A stretch of DNA of 30,249 nucleotides from Pseudomonadota bacterium. Lineage in GTDB: Bacteria; Pseudomonadota; Alphaproteobacteria; RF32; CAG-239. Made by a program: the position numbers and the translations under genes. Positions 30,013-30,249 of the stretch are shown one piece after another (the stretch's first letter is position 1; each line of letters opens with the position of its first letter). The stretch lies in the NCBI GenBank assembly GCA_918234285.1, contig CAKJXZ020000044.1, forward strand, positions 1-30,249, read 5' to 3'. The notes below the pieces were generated by a model. The model was not told the DNA's origin. It saw only the letters and a list, made by a program, of their open reading frames with translations, and did not search any database.

Positions 30013-30022
30013 CCAGGAATTT

Positions 30023-30249
30023 CGAGCCCTCAAGGATACCAATAAAAAATCCCTCCACATAGGGAGGGTGTTGTTATGCAATATTATTTTTGCTTGCCGA
30101 CAAAACTGCGTTTTGTGAAGAAGACTAGCTACGGCGTAAACCGCCTCCGCCGCCCCTGCGCTCATCGCCTAAAGGCGACCGGCACACTCCCGTGTGCCTT
30201 TCGCTGGTGGTCGAACTTCCTTTTGGAAGCCCGAGCCCTCAAGGATACC
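30023..30249. repeat. Direct repeat CGAGCCCTCAAGGATACC (30023-30040, 30232-30249) flanking a hairpin-rich spacer; period 209 bp
   Basis: Exact 18-nt match; the second copy is cut by the window end. The spacer holds at least five small stem-loops. Confidence 0.85.

Noticed and set aside
29941-30165. 74-aa minus-strand ORF, or RNase P/SRP RNA, at the right edge
   Set aside because: The ORF is made of palindromic repeat sequence, and I found no conserved rnpB or ffs core motifs.

Overview
A 30.2-kb chromosomal segment, most likely from an alphaproteobacterium (inferred from the MRAE-type prfB start, the alpha-type RNase E and the amiC-mrcA-prfB order). The core is housekeeping: an AsmA/YhdP-like gene, prfB with its +1 frameshift, mrcA, amiC, rne, a BepA-like M48 protease, a lipoprotein alpha/beta hydrolase, a Uup-like ABC-F, a Sel1-repeat protein, an MprF/YbhN-type flippase domain, tRNA-Met(CAT) and rpoB-rpoC. 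The accessory material sits in four places. (1) Left edge: at least two tandem genes with near-identical 5' ends; the complete one encodes 11 shuffled ~21-aa LRR modules with a hypervariable face. (2) After tRNA-Met: a 172-bp-period repeat carrying sense and antisense copies of the tRNA 3' end, then an AT-rich gene pair whose first gene is broken at an A8 tract. (3) Upstream of rpoB: an orphan secreted HExxH protein where rplJL usually lies. (4) Right edge: a hairpin-rich 209-bp-period repeat plus a CGTC-type REP-like palindrome. No integrase, transposase, reverse transcriptase or CRISPR array is visible. All calls come from reading motifs by eye; no database search was run.
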